A DNA stretch of 64,000 nt from Trichoplax adhaerens (Eukaryota; Animalia; Placozoa), in NCBI RefSeq assembly GCF_000150275.1, contig NW_002060948.1, forward strand, positions 4,696,336-4,760,335, given 5' to 3'. Positions 1 through 13,400 of this stretch are shown here, piece by piece. The notes below the pieces were generated by a model. It had not been told where the DNA came from. It worked only from the letters and a program-made list of their open reading frames with translations, and searched no databases. Position 1 is the first letter of the stretch; each line of letters starts with the position of its first letter. The translations under genes were made by a program, and so were the position numbers.

Positions 1-1724
1 ATAACTAATCAAAAGCTCTTACAGAATGTTATTGCCTTGGCTGAAAACATAACTTTGCGATGACTAATTTCATTCTACAAGATGTGTATGCTTCAACTTT
101 TTCATTACAGATGCTACCAGAATATTCCTTATTCAATATTTCGTTTGAAATATTGCAAACTAACTAAGCATTATGAAAATAGATACGTATACTAGTCTAT
201 CTACGTATATCGAAAGTCGAAAGAAAAATAACGCGTAAATCGATTAAGTTTACATAATTACTAAATTATAATTGTTAGTAAGTTGAAACTGGAATTAAAT
301 TACAAGCATGAAGTGTCGAAATCTAACAGTTCCATATATCTACTCTCAAAAGTGATGAATTTTCTTAATAGCCTGCAAAGCAAATTTCACTACCATTATC
401 ACGTTATTCAATAGCACAAAATCTAATGTGCTTTAATTAATACTAAATATCGAAAATTATATTGTGATAAAACCGATCACAAAATAACAAAATTTATAGA
501 AAATCAGAACTTTACTAGATCTTTGTACAAGGATAAATCTACGTACAACTCTACTCTAACCGAATAAAACTACTAAAAAAGACTTCTAGATAGTACTGCT
601 GCATAATCTAAAGTTGCCTGCTTAAATTTTTTTCGTAGCATTTGCAGCTACAATCCACATAGCAGTATCAATTATGTGCCGTAGTATCACAGTATTCCCT
701 TACACAAAACTACTGTAATTAGCTGAAATCATTATATACCTTTTTTTACAATTATTCAGATTATTATTGGCAACAACATTTTACAACAGATCATCTAAAA
801 TTTAATAAGATAACTTCCACAGCATTGACGCCAACATTATTTCTACAGTCCAAAATACGATGAACTACCCATGACCTAATACATGAGTTACATAGCCATT
901 TTTAACGATAGCTTTCAGTTTAGTATCAATAGTAACTCAACACCCTATCGTACATAGTCATCTGTATTCTAATGCAGAATCTTCCATTATAATTTATGGT
1001 TAAGAATTACTAAATAAGGCTTGTGATAAATACAGAAAGCTACTATACCGTATATTATACTAAACATTGCCGATAGTCTACAATACAATACTATGTTACG
1101 TTCCTCATGTAGAGTAGTGCTGTAGAATATCCCGTAATGCTTCGTGTGAGCTATATTTCATTATATGCATCGTAAACTTTTAATGCTACTTATGTGTAAC
1201 ATTACATATTGTGCATGCATACTGCTGATTTCTATAATTCTGAGGTTAAAGGTAATCATTATTTTGGCCATTAAATAATGCGAAAAATTCTATTACCTAG
1301 CAAAAGTTTTTGCCAGCAATCTAACAGGTTGTCACGAAACAAGTCTTCGAATATCATAAGCTAAAATTCAGCTGATAGTCATAAGACCTCAGAAGGCAAT
1401 TCTATTAAGATTAACGTACTATTAAAGGTCGTAGTAGTTTATGCCTAAAACTTAGTAATAATTTGCCGCTATGTAATCACAAGACAGTTTTAATAGAACC
1501 TTTTATTCTCCCACTGCAAAGGATAATGTATAGTAGGCGGGACAACCAATAATACTTGAATAATATCAGATTACTTGAAGTTGGCATTCAGAGATAATTA
1601 TTCTTAATGCTACGTTTGTTTTATTTAATTAATCATCCTCGTTTGCAATATAATTGGTGTAAAATTGGTTATCACGTCTACATCATGTGATCTATTTCCC
1701 TAATGAAGCTGAGCTAAAGAACGT

Positions 1725-1732
1725 TATAAATA
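1725..1732 (+). promoter_or_regulatory. Candidate TATA box of the Frizzled-CRD/GPI gene
   Basis: TATAAATA about 90 bp upstream of the ATG at 1816. The AT-rich background lowers specificity. Confidence 0.4.
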
Positions 1733-1815
1733 CTTGCGCTTTACTGATGACTTGCAGCAATTTTCTCTTACCAGTTTAAGCCTATTTTCATCAATTACCT
1801 CCACAACTAATCATT

Positions 1816-4800
1816 ATGATGAGAGCTATTACTTCTTCCATATTAGCTGCCTTAATTATCGCGCAGGTAAGTTTCAATAGTGAAATAATTCATAATCAGG
1901 TCTAGCTAGTTTAGCAGAAAGAATAAAGAAAATTATTTAGAAAATGAGAATCATTTAGTTACCGAATAAAACTTCCACTTCTAACATCAAGTGTATAATA
2001 ACAAAATTAAGTTAATGTATATCATATATCAATCTGATAAGGTTGCAGTACTATCGTCAGCTTCAGAGCTCGATCGCTTAACGAGGGCTGTGAACATGAT
2101 TAAAGCTTATTCCGCTGGATCATTAACTACTTGTGCTGCAGTCGGTAATAATGCTCCTTTCTGTGATGTTTCTTATCCTGTACCTGAGTATGCCCAGCGC
2201 GACGCTAAAGCTCTTGATCGAGCCGCTCAAACAATCGTAAATGGGATCAAAAATAGCCCATCTGTGTCTGCTTCTCAGGCCTGCCTTCGAGATATTAAAG
2301 GTCTATATTGCAACATTATGTTTCCAAGATGTGATCGAGTGCGTAACGAAATTAGCTTTAACACTTCGAATTGCATCAATGCTGATGAAAAATGTCCTCA
2401 ATCTATCCGTGATAATATTAAAAAAGGCCATTTATGTGACTATATACCCCGCGGGAAATTTTACCTCAACGATTGCATTAAACCTCCAAGTTACAGCTAT
2501 AAAACATGCCCAAATGCACCTAATGCTGTTCTTATACCTAAATTTCTGGTAGCCGAACCCGTACTTCAAGATAATGGTGCGACGGCACTTAAAAAATACT
2601 TGAAATCTAAAAAAGTAAGTGATGCCTGCATTAATACAGCCATGCAGTTGGAATGTGGCGTAATACCATTTTGTTCACCTAATAAGACTTTACTCCTAAC
2701 CACATTAACACAAAGCGTTTGTAAGAACTTCATAAATTGGTAAGTTTAATGGATATTTTTAATTTGTAAATTAATAAAATATAATAATAAAGGTGCAAAA
2801 TATGTTTCTGTACTATAAATTATACTTGTAAGGCAAGTTTATTTCTTGCATCTAATTGTAATATATATGAAGTACGGCAGCATTAGGAATACAGCAGTTT
2901 ATTTACAAGCGTCTATCTTACGTTATATAATTAAGGCAATGCAGTCATTAATCTTTCTTTCGAGTAATTTTTCGCATGTAACTGTTTGCTAAAAATGTTC
3001 ATTTACTGTAATGACTGATTTCAGTTAATCATTATAGTCATTTGAATAACGTTGGATAACGATTAATTAGAGTAATTCATGCTGTAGCATCTCACGCCCT
3101 ATAATTTTGGACTTTCAATATAATTATTATCCTCATTAATGATGTTAGGAATTTATTACTAATGGAAAAATGTTAAATTAAGGAGAATGATATACATGTT
3201 TCTCAGATATACTCAAATCGTGTTGTCGTATGACTAATAATTTGGAAGTACAGATTACACTAACAGAAGCATCATATAATATCTTACAATTTCAGGCTAT
3301 CGATGCTATTCTCGTTCTCTCTAGTGACCATCTAGTTTCCATTATCATTTAACGTCATGACGATTCAACATTTCTCCTATTTTGCTCGTGCTCGTTTTTA
3401 ATTCTTACTCACTATAGATTGCTAGTAGCGCAAAGTATCGTAGATGTTCAAGTATGTAACCCCGTATATCGCAGAATTCTATATTTCCATACGCTCATCA
3501 TGGTTTCAAATGGCACACTGATGTTACTGTTCTTCGAAAAGTATAAAAAGTGTCAAGTATCTAAATGATGGATTAGTTATTGCTATTTATAGATGATACA
3601 GTAATCGGTTCTATATGATAAGATAATATTGTACTGTCATCTTTCTAAGTAAGGTTGTTGCTCTAGAAGAATATAACAGTTTTATACGCTGGATTCAGAT
3701 TAACCAACATTACGATAACAAATAGCACTTCATCATAATTTGAAGCTATCCTTTTAATCTTAACTATAGTGCCGAATTGACGTAGTCTTCTAGATATTTC
3801 TGACCAAATTTACAGATAATTTAGACTGCTACTCTCCACAATGCTAGTATAGTTTAAAACTGGTATAGAAAGATAATGATTAAGCGTCTGCAGTTATCTT
3901 TATTCCAGTTCATTGTTATCAGATTCAATCTAAAGCTATTAATTTTAATTCTAGTTTAAAAGCTTTCGATATTTACTTGTTATATGAGTAGTAAAGTGTT
4001 TATTCTAATGGATAGTCATCGGTCTTTCTCTAAATATTAATTTTAATGTCAATATGTATCGCTCTTCCTCGACAGTTATTAACTTAATTTCGTTACGGTA
4101 TAGAATAGAAAAGATCGACGCTGCACTCATGCATAGGCTTAGAAAGTTAGACATTTCACCATCGCAGTTTATTACATGCCGGCATGTTCATTCACATAAG
4201 AATGGAAATTTAATTTTTATCATTGCTATCACTACCAATTTGAGTGAAAGGTGTTGCTTCGATCATGCAACGTATGTATATTAGACATGAAGTCAAATTA
4301 ATACTTTAAGAAATATCTAGATTCAGATCATTTCATCATTTTCCTTATTCTAAGCTAATTCGCATTCCAGTACGTCTGTGTATCAGTAATAAGTGCAGTG
4401 TAAATATAAGTTTTGACCGACCTACGGAATGAATTCGACTTATCATAGTGTAAGACAGTGTAATATTGTATTCTAAATTGAGGATATATTTAGTAATGTC
4501 CATCGTAGATATTGTGTTCAATATGTGATAGATATTCTCGTTAGCGGCTTAAGTATTAAATATAGCTAGCTTAGTAACTGTAATCCTTTTGAAGAGGAGC
4601 ACTACAGAGCTCTCACTAGAGCTTCACATGAAAGGTGTAAACTATCCTGTATTTGAGATGCTAATACTGAAGTGTGTAGTAAGTAAGGTGCTAAGACTGT
4701 AAACGCGGAAAAGTATATAAGCAAATAGTTTAGTATAATAAGATAGTTCTTTATCGTTAGAGGTCCTCAGCTAATCGATTACGTTGTATCTTCGTAAACG

Positions 4801-5113
4801 AGGCTTTGTTCTATAAATCTTAATTTTCTAAAGTTTTGAAGATTCTTGATCTATCAACCTCACACGTAGCCTAAGATTTGAACATCATTTTTATTCATTA
4901 TGCTATTAATTTAGTTTACCAGCGCAGGTGCAAGTGACTATTAAAGCATCATTGAACTGCAGTATCTACCCTAGTGAAAGTGCCGGTTCTTACGTCCTCT
5001 TACCACAGAATCAAGTTTATATTGCTGATGCTTATGCTAATCGTCCGAATACTGTCATCGTAGCATCTATTTTGGCATTAATGTTTCTTATTAACATTTT
5101 TATAACATTTTAA
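1816..5113 (+). CDS. Secreted/GPI-anchored protein with two tandem Frizzled-like cysteine-rich (FZ/CRD) domains, about 315 aa, 3 exons
   Basis: Exons 1816-1866 (MMRAITSSILAALIIAQ|gtaagt), 2042-2739 and 4915-5113 join in frame through GT-AG sites (phases 0 and 2). N-terminal signal peptide; two Cys arrays (ACLRDIKGLYCNIMFPRC; ACINTAMQLECGVIPFC); hydrophobic C-terminus VIVASILALMFLINIFITF* with no cytoplasmic tail. Confidence 0.75.
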
Positions 5114-6157
5114 TATAAATCTAATCGATGTAAAACCGAGTTACCTAGATAATAATCTAAGACATTTAACGATATAAGCTCAGATTTCTGATTACCCTAA
5201 TCTTAATTTTGTCATGTGTTCATGGCTCTTACTTGTCAAGCGGCTTGCTTTAAGAAAATTTTGCTACCTTCAGCTAAAGCTACTTTTAATAGCATTATAA
5301 CTACTGAAGTAATTGTCTTAACACCAGTGTTGAAAGCCTAGCCCAGCATGCAAGTGCTGAATCAAAATATTAGCCGATATATCCGTACTCCCTATAATAA
5401 TAAACTTGCTCTTGTCAGTTTATCGGTATTCAGTTACAAAAGTTATAAAATTGAAATGTATGATTTTCGATTGTTATCATATATCGTATTTATTCTGAAG
5501 GTTTATACACATTATGTGAGACTAATAATTAGAGTATAATATTTTAAATAGTTGTCTTTACATCTTAAGACATACAACGCTTGCTCTATTGATATCTATG
5601 TAAAGGTTAAAAGATTACTTAAATTTTCAAGCGATCCAATACTACCTTAATTAAGGTTAAAAATATTATTATATGTTTCATAGTAGCTTTACTCTTTAGA
5701 CGTAAAAGTAAACATATTGCATGAGAGTATAACAGTTTATGATCATAAAAAATGCAAAAAAATAAAAATCTCCATCATTTTATTACTCTTCAATATTGAA
5801 GTTAAGAATATTCATAGATGTTTAAAATGAATGATTCATTCTGTAAATCTATTATATACCTCTATGAGTTGATACAACATTGTTACTATTAAAGTACTAT
5901 TAGAATTATTAAAATTATACCGTAGTCAATGAATGGCATTGTAACTATTTTGCTTAGTAATCGACCCGATATAGTCAAGTTTAAAACAGTGTGTGTGCGG
6001 AATGATTTCATCTCTCATAAATATTTTATGCTAGTACATTGTAACGAAGTCTCTTGGCATAAACGCGGTCTAGCTAGATAAAAATTTATTTAGAGTCTAT
6101 GTTTTAGTAGAACTGTAACGGTAAACAATTTATACAGATCTAGAGATGCAAGAACTT

Positions 6158-6242
6158 ACTAAGAGAAATAGCGAAGCTGCTTATATACTCTACTTGATGT
6201 AAACAAGTAGAGTATATAAGCAGCTTCGTTATTTCTCTTAGT
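6158..6242. repeat. Near-perfect inverted repeat (39-bp arms, 7-nt loop)
   Basis: Left arm 6158-6196 ACTAAGAGAAATAGCGAAGCTGCTTATATACTCTACTTG; right arm 6204-6242 is its reverse complement with one substitution. Confidence 0.95.
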
Positions 6243-7467
6243 CAATATTGCTTATTATCCACCAGGCTTTAGAATGAAAATAAAATGCTATGATTACTAT
6301 AATTTTCTGCAAAACTGAGATTAGCATATTTATATCATAAAAACATAATACATTCTCATTATGATAATCTATGCTTGGCCACATCGCCATGCTAATTTTA
6401 CATTGAATTTGATACTTTTCTCTTTTACAAACATTTAGAACTCTATGGCATAATTCCTTAATAATTTCTTATTGAAGCAAGAAACGATTAAAACAGTTAG
6501 AAAGGCTAATACTGATAAAAGTAAATAAAATTTTTTCCTAAAAAGTTCAATCTAGGAGTATAACGGATTCAATATTAGTAAGTCCTATCATTTATAAGCA
6601 ACGGGGACTAATTGATCCTAATCTCTTTAATTTTCACTTTGGCAACATCAAGATCCTGATGATCATTCAAATTACGAATTTATGCAAGACAGATTACATT
6701 AATTAAAGTAAAGATTATTCTCTTTATATCAAGTCATCAAGAACTTTTCTGTTATTAAAATGCTCTTGCGGCAAGATCTTAAAACATGACAGTTGAATAG
6801 TTGCAATATTAATAGCTATTATTCAATGCTATAGCTCTCCTATGCAATTGGCAATGAAGGCCATCATGATCTACGCGGTAATCATGGCTGATTTTACAAT
6901 TTTTATTATATCCAACTTGCTAGCCATAACAATTTAACTTTAAGCTCCCCGAGCACCTTAGCAATGTTACGGCCACAATTTATTGAAACTGGATTGCTTT
7001 TTAATTTCACAAAGTTCTCAATTACATATGTGCGATATAGCTGATGGTTTATGACCCAGATAGAGAAAAAATTTTGTTCAATAAGTATTACTCGTTGTGC
7101 TATAGTGTACAAACTCCTTGTTTTTAATGTAGAATAATAGTTGCTAGTCATAGTTTTAAATTTCCTTGTTAGAAACCTTGACCTGCAACGCAAGCTCCAA
7201 ATAAATAGTATCAAAATTATTCATCCAGCCCTTGTGGATGATTGTAGGAATATAGTGGACAAAATTTTCTATGTAAGAAAGTGTATTTATTTAATATCTT
7301 TTAACAGATCTTTACTTTCATGACATTTTTGTTACAAATATTGTATTAATTTTAATCAATTTTTGTAGTATTGCAAAGCAGTAATGAAAATTAATAATAG
7401 CAAACTTAACTAAAGATTGATTGTAACGATTTAACCTACGAAACAATAGTAACCTATAGAAGAAATA

Positions 7468-10400
7468 TTATTGACATCTAGGAAGGGAAATATTTGGATC
7501 AACAGCATCATCTGATAACTGTACTATCTTGCCATTTACTTCTACGTTTGCCATACAGCCAATGAAATTATCATTACTAGTATAGTCTATATTATTTTCT
7601 GGAACACCACCTGCAATATTTTAAAAAGTAAAGAATTAACACAAGTATTAGGTTAGTTATAACAGAGCGAAGTTATCAGTCTTAACCGATGTTTACAAAT
7701 TTACATAGTATTTTCATTTCTTAAACAAATATTAGCCTAGTTTAATATAGAAGACGTTCAATATACTGTATACCTAGAATGTACAACAACTGAAATCTTT
7801 TGCTTCAGTTAACGATATGGAAAATTAATTACTTTACATTATCTATAAATATCTTAAGTTAAAATATTAGCCGGATTTCCAATCATATTTAACTAAATGG
7901 GTAAGACTTACTTAAATATTACGTATACACCTCACCTAGATAGAAATAGCTTGCGACATTCAATTCTTGTTGAAATTGAAGCGATATTGCAGATGTCTCC
8001 AAATGGTCGACATACAGAAGAGCATTTGTTAGATTTCGGTTAATGTAAACAGTATGCCATTGATTATCATCAACTCTTAAAGTTAATATTGTAGAGGAAG
8101 TCGCACCACCACCTAAATTATATCTAGAAATGGAACATGATCAAAATGCAATATCTACAATGCTACAATATTAATTGCAATTTCGAAAAATCTCCAACGT
8201 GTCGATATTAATCGTAATTTGCTAGAAAGTGGCTGTAGATTTAATTTCGACAAGAATGTATAGGCCATGCCGTAAATTAATTCTGTTAACACTGATAATG
8301 TAAATACCTGATTTTAAAATAGCCAGCTTCAACAGCTGCCGACATATAATCTGATCTCAATCGAGGATCCTACCGATTCGAACATAAAGCAGTTTAATAT
8401 CGTAGCCTATATTTTAAATATGGTACCTATCGGTGAATTTTAGAAGATATCAGGGCTTACATTATCGTTTCCGAGCCAAAACAGGACTGCTGTTGATTTC
8501 CTTGTCTTGAAAGTTAAGCGCAAAGAATTTTGACGGAATGCACGTAATCTTAAAAATATACTAGATGTCACTATTTCATTTAATGCAGCACATTTCAGGT
8601 TTCAAACCCTACATACTAGATCTTTAGTTCTTCAAGATCATAAATACAGGCTGGAAACTTACAACTACGTACAGTTATACAAATTTGACAAGTAATCCTT
8701 AAAACTATTAATATAGAGCTTTATCACTGCAGCCTACACTTAAGTATCGATGAGTAATTGTTATCATAATTGAAAAATTTACCCACGATTGACATCCGAT
8801 AAGTAACGAACTGCTTTTGATCCACTAAACGATACTGGTGGTTCATAGCCTATGAAAAAATTTAGTGATAAAGTATGCCACGAGATTTCATCGATCAGCT
8901 AATACTTTTGTAAATGCGTATATCTTATGCTAACCTGGACATGACTTGGTATTAACTGATTCAGTAGCCATAAGTTGCAAATTGACAACAAAACCATCAA
9001 TTACGAAATTTTTTAGACAACCACGATAGTTTTCTAGATACTTATTGGATGTTGTAGTAGCTATGTTCGGTGTGCCCCCTATGAGTTAAATAGTTAATCA
9101 TTTATATAAATTTTGTACTAGCACTTATTCCGATAGTTAAACTAACTATAGCAACACTATAATGTAGCTTCCTAGCGATACAATATGTCATAACACTAAG
9201 ATTTCCATAGTGATCCATCATCAACACGATAATTTCGCTTAATTCTCTATTATAGATTTACCAATAAGAATATTGCCGTCTACATTGAGGACGGAAGCTC
9301 CCTCTCTTGGGTTCGATTTTTGTGATACACCATCGACAGTTAAAGTTCCTGAAGATCCATTTCGCTCAATCTTGACTTTATGCCAATAGCCATCGGTAAC
9401 GATGACATCGACGACAATTTCGATTTTCCCAGAACCAACATTGAATCTGAAGAATGATGAGATAATAATTACTGCCACTAAAGGAGTAATACGAAATAGA
9501 ACAGGATGAGAACTGAATCGAAGATTTATTGGGTAGATGTCTTACCTTAATTGCACTCTGTTATTAACAATGGCTACCCCAAGATAGTCTCTATTAGGGT
9601 TAGGCTGTCGGATGCGTTGCATTCGCATAAAATCAATTAATAAAATAAAACGAATATTGATAGTGAAGCTTACGTCGTGATAATATCAACTAAATCACGT
9701 TCATTACTAGCCCTCTTTGATATTACAAACGCTATGAACTTAAATTTCGTAATAGGGTAGAAACAACCATATACCGTGTGATTTACCTGAGATTGGCCTA
9801 ACCATAACAGCAATCCGTTATGATATCCACGTACAAGAAATTCGTAACGGTTTGATGAAAACGAGTTTTTCCTATTGCCCGAAATCAGAAACATTATATC
9901 TTTAAAGATTTCAAATCTGCAATATTGTCTTTTGGAGTTACAGATTTGCTAATTCGTGAGAAATATCTAACACTTTAATAAATTTAAATTCTAAGGAATT
10001 TTCTAATATTAGCATATTAAATTATGAGGAAATGGGCATTCGTCCCCGAATCAACTATAAATCTAACTATGTTGCCTAACTTTTCAGTGACAGCGCTTAA
10101 TAAGGTAATGTACGATGTTGGCGTAAACCAATAAGCTGGACCAAATTCGGCGTTTTCTATTATGTTCATTAAATAGTACACAAGTTAGCTACATAAAGCG
10201 TGTGAAAAGTTCTTCTACTGCTTAATGATATAGAGTAGATACTAACGTTGGCATGTATAAAGTCGCTGCCTGATTTGGATATCTCGTTGCATGTTAAGTG
10301 AAACTCCACTCAGTTTAACTTCTTTTACACAACCCTCATAGAATGAATAATACAAGTTTGATGTTTTGGCTGCTATATTTTCCACGCCGCCTGTAAAATT

Positions 10401-13400
10401 GTTGATACGATTTGCAATAATAAAAATAATATCAGTGTCTTACGGCAATTTCTTTAATATTATACGATCATGCAATGATTTCATTAGTCACAGAAATCAT
10501 GAATCTCTCTAATTAGTAAAGAAAAGATTGAGCCAATTTAGCGAACAAGACTAGCATTAATGTAATTCCCTCAGCTACAAAAATTTTCTTAGCCATCCTA
10601 TAGTCTGCTTTATCCTGAAATTATTTAAACAACAAAGTCTACCTAAATACAGATAATCTGCAGCATTGAGCTCCGTTGCTGATGGGTTTGCAAAACCAGT
10701 GATAGATCGTCCATCTACCGTTAAATTACCATATCGGCTCTGTCGGTCCACTAAAACCTTGTGCCATTTGTCATCATTAACCTGCTGCCAGCCACCAGTG
10801 AGAGTTTTTGTTCCACTTCCTAAGTTATAACTTGAATCGAAGATATTATATATGTTTAAGCTAATGTTGTATTGGTGCGAGTATTATAGTACTATTGCTG
10901 ATAATAATATCAATTTCGCAGCACTTCAGAAAATCATTTCGTCATGATCTAGGTAGATCTCTATCTTACTTCAACTCCACGAATTTATTACGAATTCCGA
11001 CGCTTATGAAATCGCCAGGCTTCTATATAAAAGCACAAAAATAAAAATCAGTTTTCATTCCAAGATGCGTTTAGCAGTTGTATTAACTACAATCTAAGCG
11101 TGCAATAAAGTGTCCTTTGACAACTTAATGTATATTTGCATATTGCCTATTCAAATTATTACGATACTAAATCTACTGTTTAAGAATAGAAAATGAAAGA
11201 TGCATCATAGTCGTAGACGAACGCTAAATTCAAAGCAAGTTGAAGTAGAATTTTTGCATGACTTAGCCTTAGGTGTATATCGATAATTACTTGCAATGCA
11301 TGATAGCTGCATACAATATAATTTTATATGGTAGAAGAAGGGAATTATAGCAATTGGATAAGAGTAATCAAGAATCCTCGCATGTTTGCTGTCGTATTCT
11401 TGTAATTTAACTGATTTTTGTAATCTTATCTATATTTTATCGTAATAAGGGATCAATGATCTACCTGATTTCCGTGCCATAAAATCAGACCATTTGAGGA
11501 TAGTGTTTTAAAAGATAACTGGAATGATTGTATACTGGATACCGTCAATCTGGAAACAAGTAATCGGCGTTAGTATATTGTATGACATAGACATAATTTA
11601 AAAGCTGTTTGTAATGCATTGGCAATTTGGTAAGATAGAACTACGGAAATAAATATATGTCACTATACGACTATAATTGCTATTACCTGTTATCGACATT
11701 ATTTAAATAGGGATAAGCAGATCTGCCATCAAATGCAAGGGAAGGACCTGTGACTTCAAATGCTTTGCGATAGTATAAAAAAATACGAAATCAGACATAC
11801 TTCAGCAGATATGGTATCTTAAAACTTACAGCTACAAATTGAAAAAAATTTCGTCACATTCCATCGTTAGAAATAATAAGGTCTATTACCTTCGCATGTG
11901 GTGTGTTGTTGCGGAACTTTTAGGTCAGTAACAATATTGACTTTATGATGTTGTATCTGAATATTTCGAATGCAACCAACATAATTATAGCGGTAGAGAT
12001 TCCAATTTTTCTTTGGAGTAGTATTTAGGCCACCTATTGACAATTTAATAATGGTAAACTGCTAAGGTATTTGAATCAAGTAATCAATTCGAGACCTTAC
12101 TAATATTAGTTATGCATATTGTAGAAACATGTTCAATTATTTATATAATAATAGATTAAAATAAAATTCTTGTAGTACCTATTTTAAATTTAAGTATTTC
12201 AAGTCAACGTTAACTGGTCAAATTAAGTTCTTTAGATAAAGGATAGTATAGTATATCCGATATTGAATACAATAAATATCTACCTAAGAATAGATCGCCA
12301 TCAACCGCTATTTGTGGACTTCCAGTTGATACCGTAGTCGAACGAAATTCTGTATCTACAGTTAAATTTGCCTGTCGACCGATTCGGTAAGCTTTAATAG
12401 TATGCCAGTTTCCATCGTTGATGCGGACCGTGCTGGTTATATGGTTATCTTGTGTGCCCAGGTTAAATCTAAAATAAAATAAAAGAGCATTGCCTAATGA
12501 TGCAGAGATCTTGAGTTTGTATAGGATTATCTCCAACTATAAAATAGTAACTAGTCAACAGATGATATTAGTACGCAAGGAAAGAAATTTTATGGACTAT
12601 TCTCTAATGACGAAAGTACTTTGTAGTAACAAATGTTAGTGTTTTAGTTAGAGGAAGTCGAGCTGATCAATACATGAATTATACGAGATACATAAATCTC
12701 GAAATACACATGGATGAAATGTTTATCGGTTTATATTCAACAGATCTATCCTTTCATAGATACTGGTACCTTAAATATCTGTTGGTGGTTACGTACTAGT
12801 AATTTATAGCCGAAAAGGCCACTAGTTTAGTGGATAGCCTCAATTTATCGTTATTATGCATAACTAAGAGAATTTTTAAAAATAGTCTTAGGGCAATCTA
12901 TGGTTTTCAGATCAATTCAAGGCAGTAACTTCCGTACTAAAGTTTGGCATTATTTACGGGATTATGGCATAAGAAGCCGTTGATGTCTTTGGAATTGTGC
13001 TTTTAGTAAAATAATTTTCATTAACTGTGAATTTAATTTCTAAATATTAGCAACAAGCACAAAAATGATATTGGTTTGTTAAACACAATTTTATAGCTAC
13101 TAAGATATCGTACATATTAAACTCTAAAATAAAAACTATATCCAAATCATTTTTTCTAATCTTGAATGTAGTATGGCTATCCATGTTGTCGAATTAATTA
13201 CCTTAATTGGATATTTCCATTCGTAACGGCTAAAGCGATGAAAGGTCTCCGCTGATTTTGGGACTACATCGAGTCAATCGATAGTTTAATTAACCCGCAT
13301 GAATTATTATAGAGCTTTACTCCCATAACAGGCAAAAGAAATGCCTACATTCGATTTTATGATATGAAATGTAGAAGTTTAATTCTTACGTAGTTCCTTG

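Noticed and set aside
2241-2552. Overlapping alternative-frame or antisense ORFs (also 17639-17842, 39664-39852, 43115-43529)
   Set aside because: Shadow frames of real exons with no recognisable motifs.
2740-4914. Nested gene or transposon in the 2.2-kb intron of the FZ gene (ORF 4054-4284)
   Set aside because: No recognisable domain, terminal repeats or convincing splice structure.
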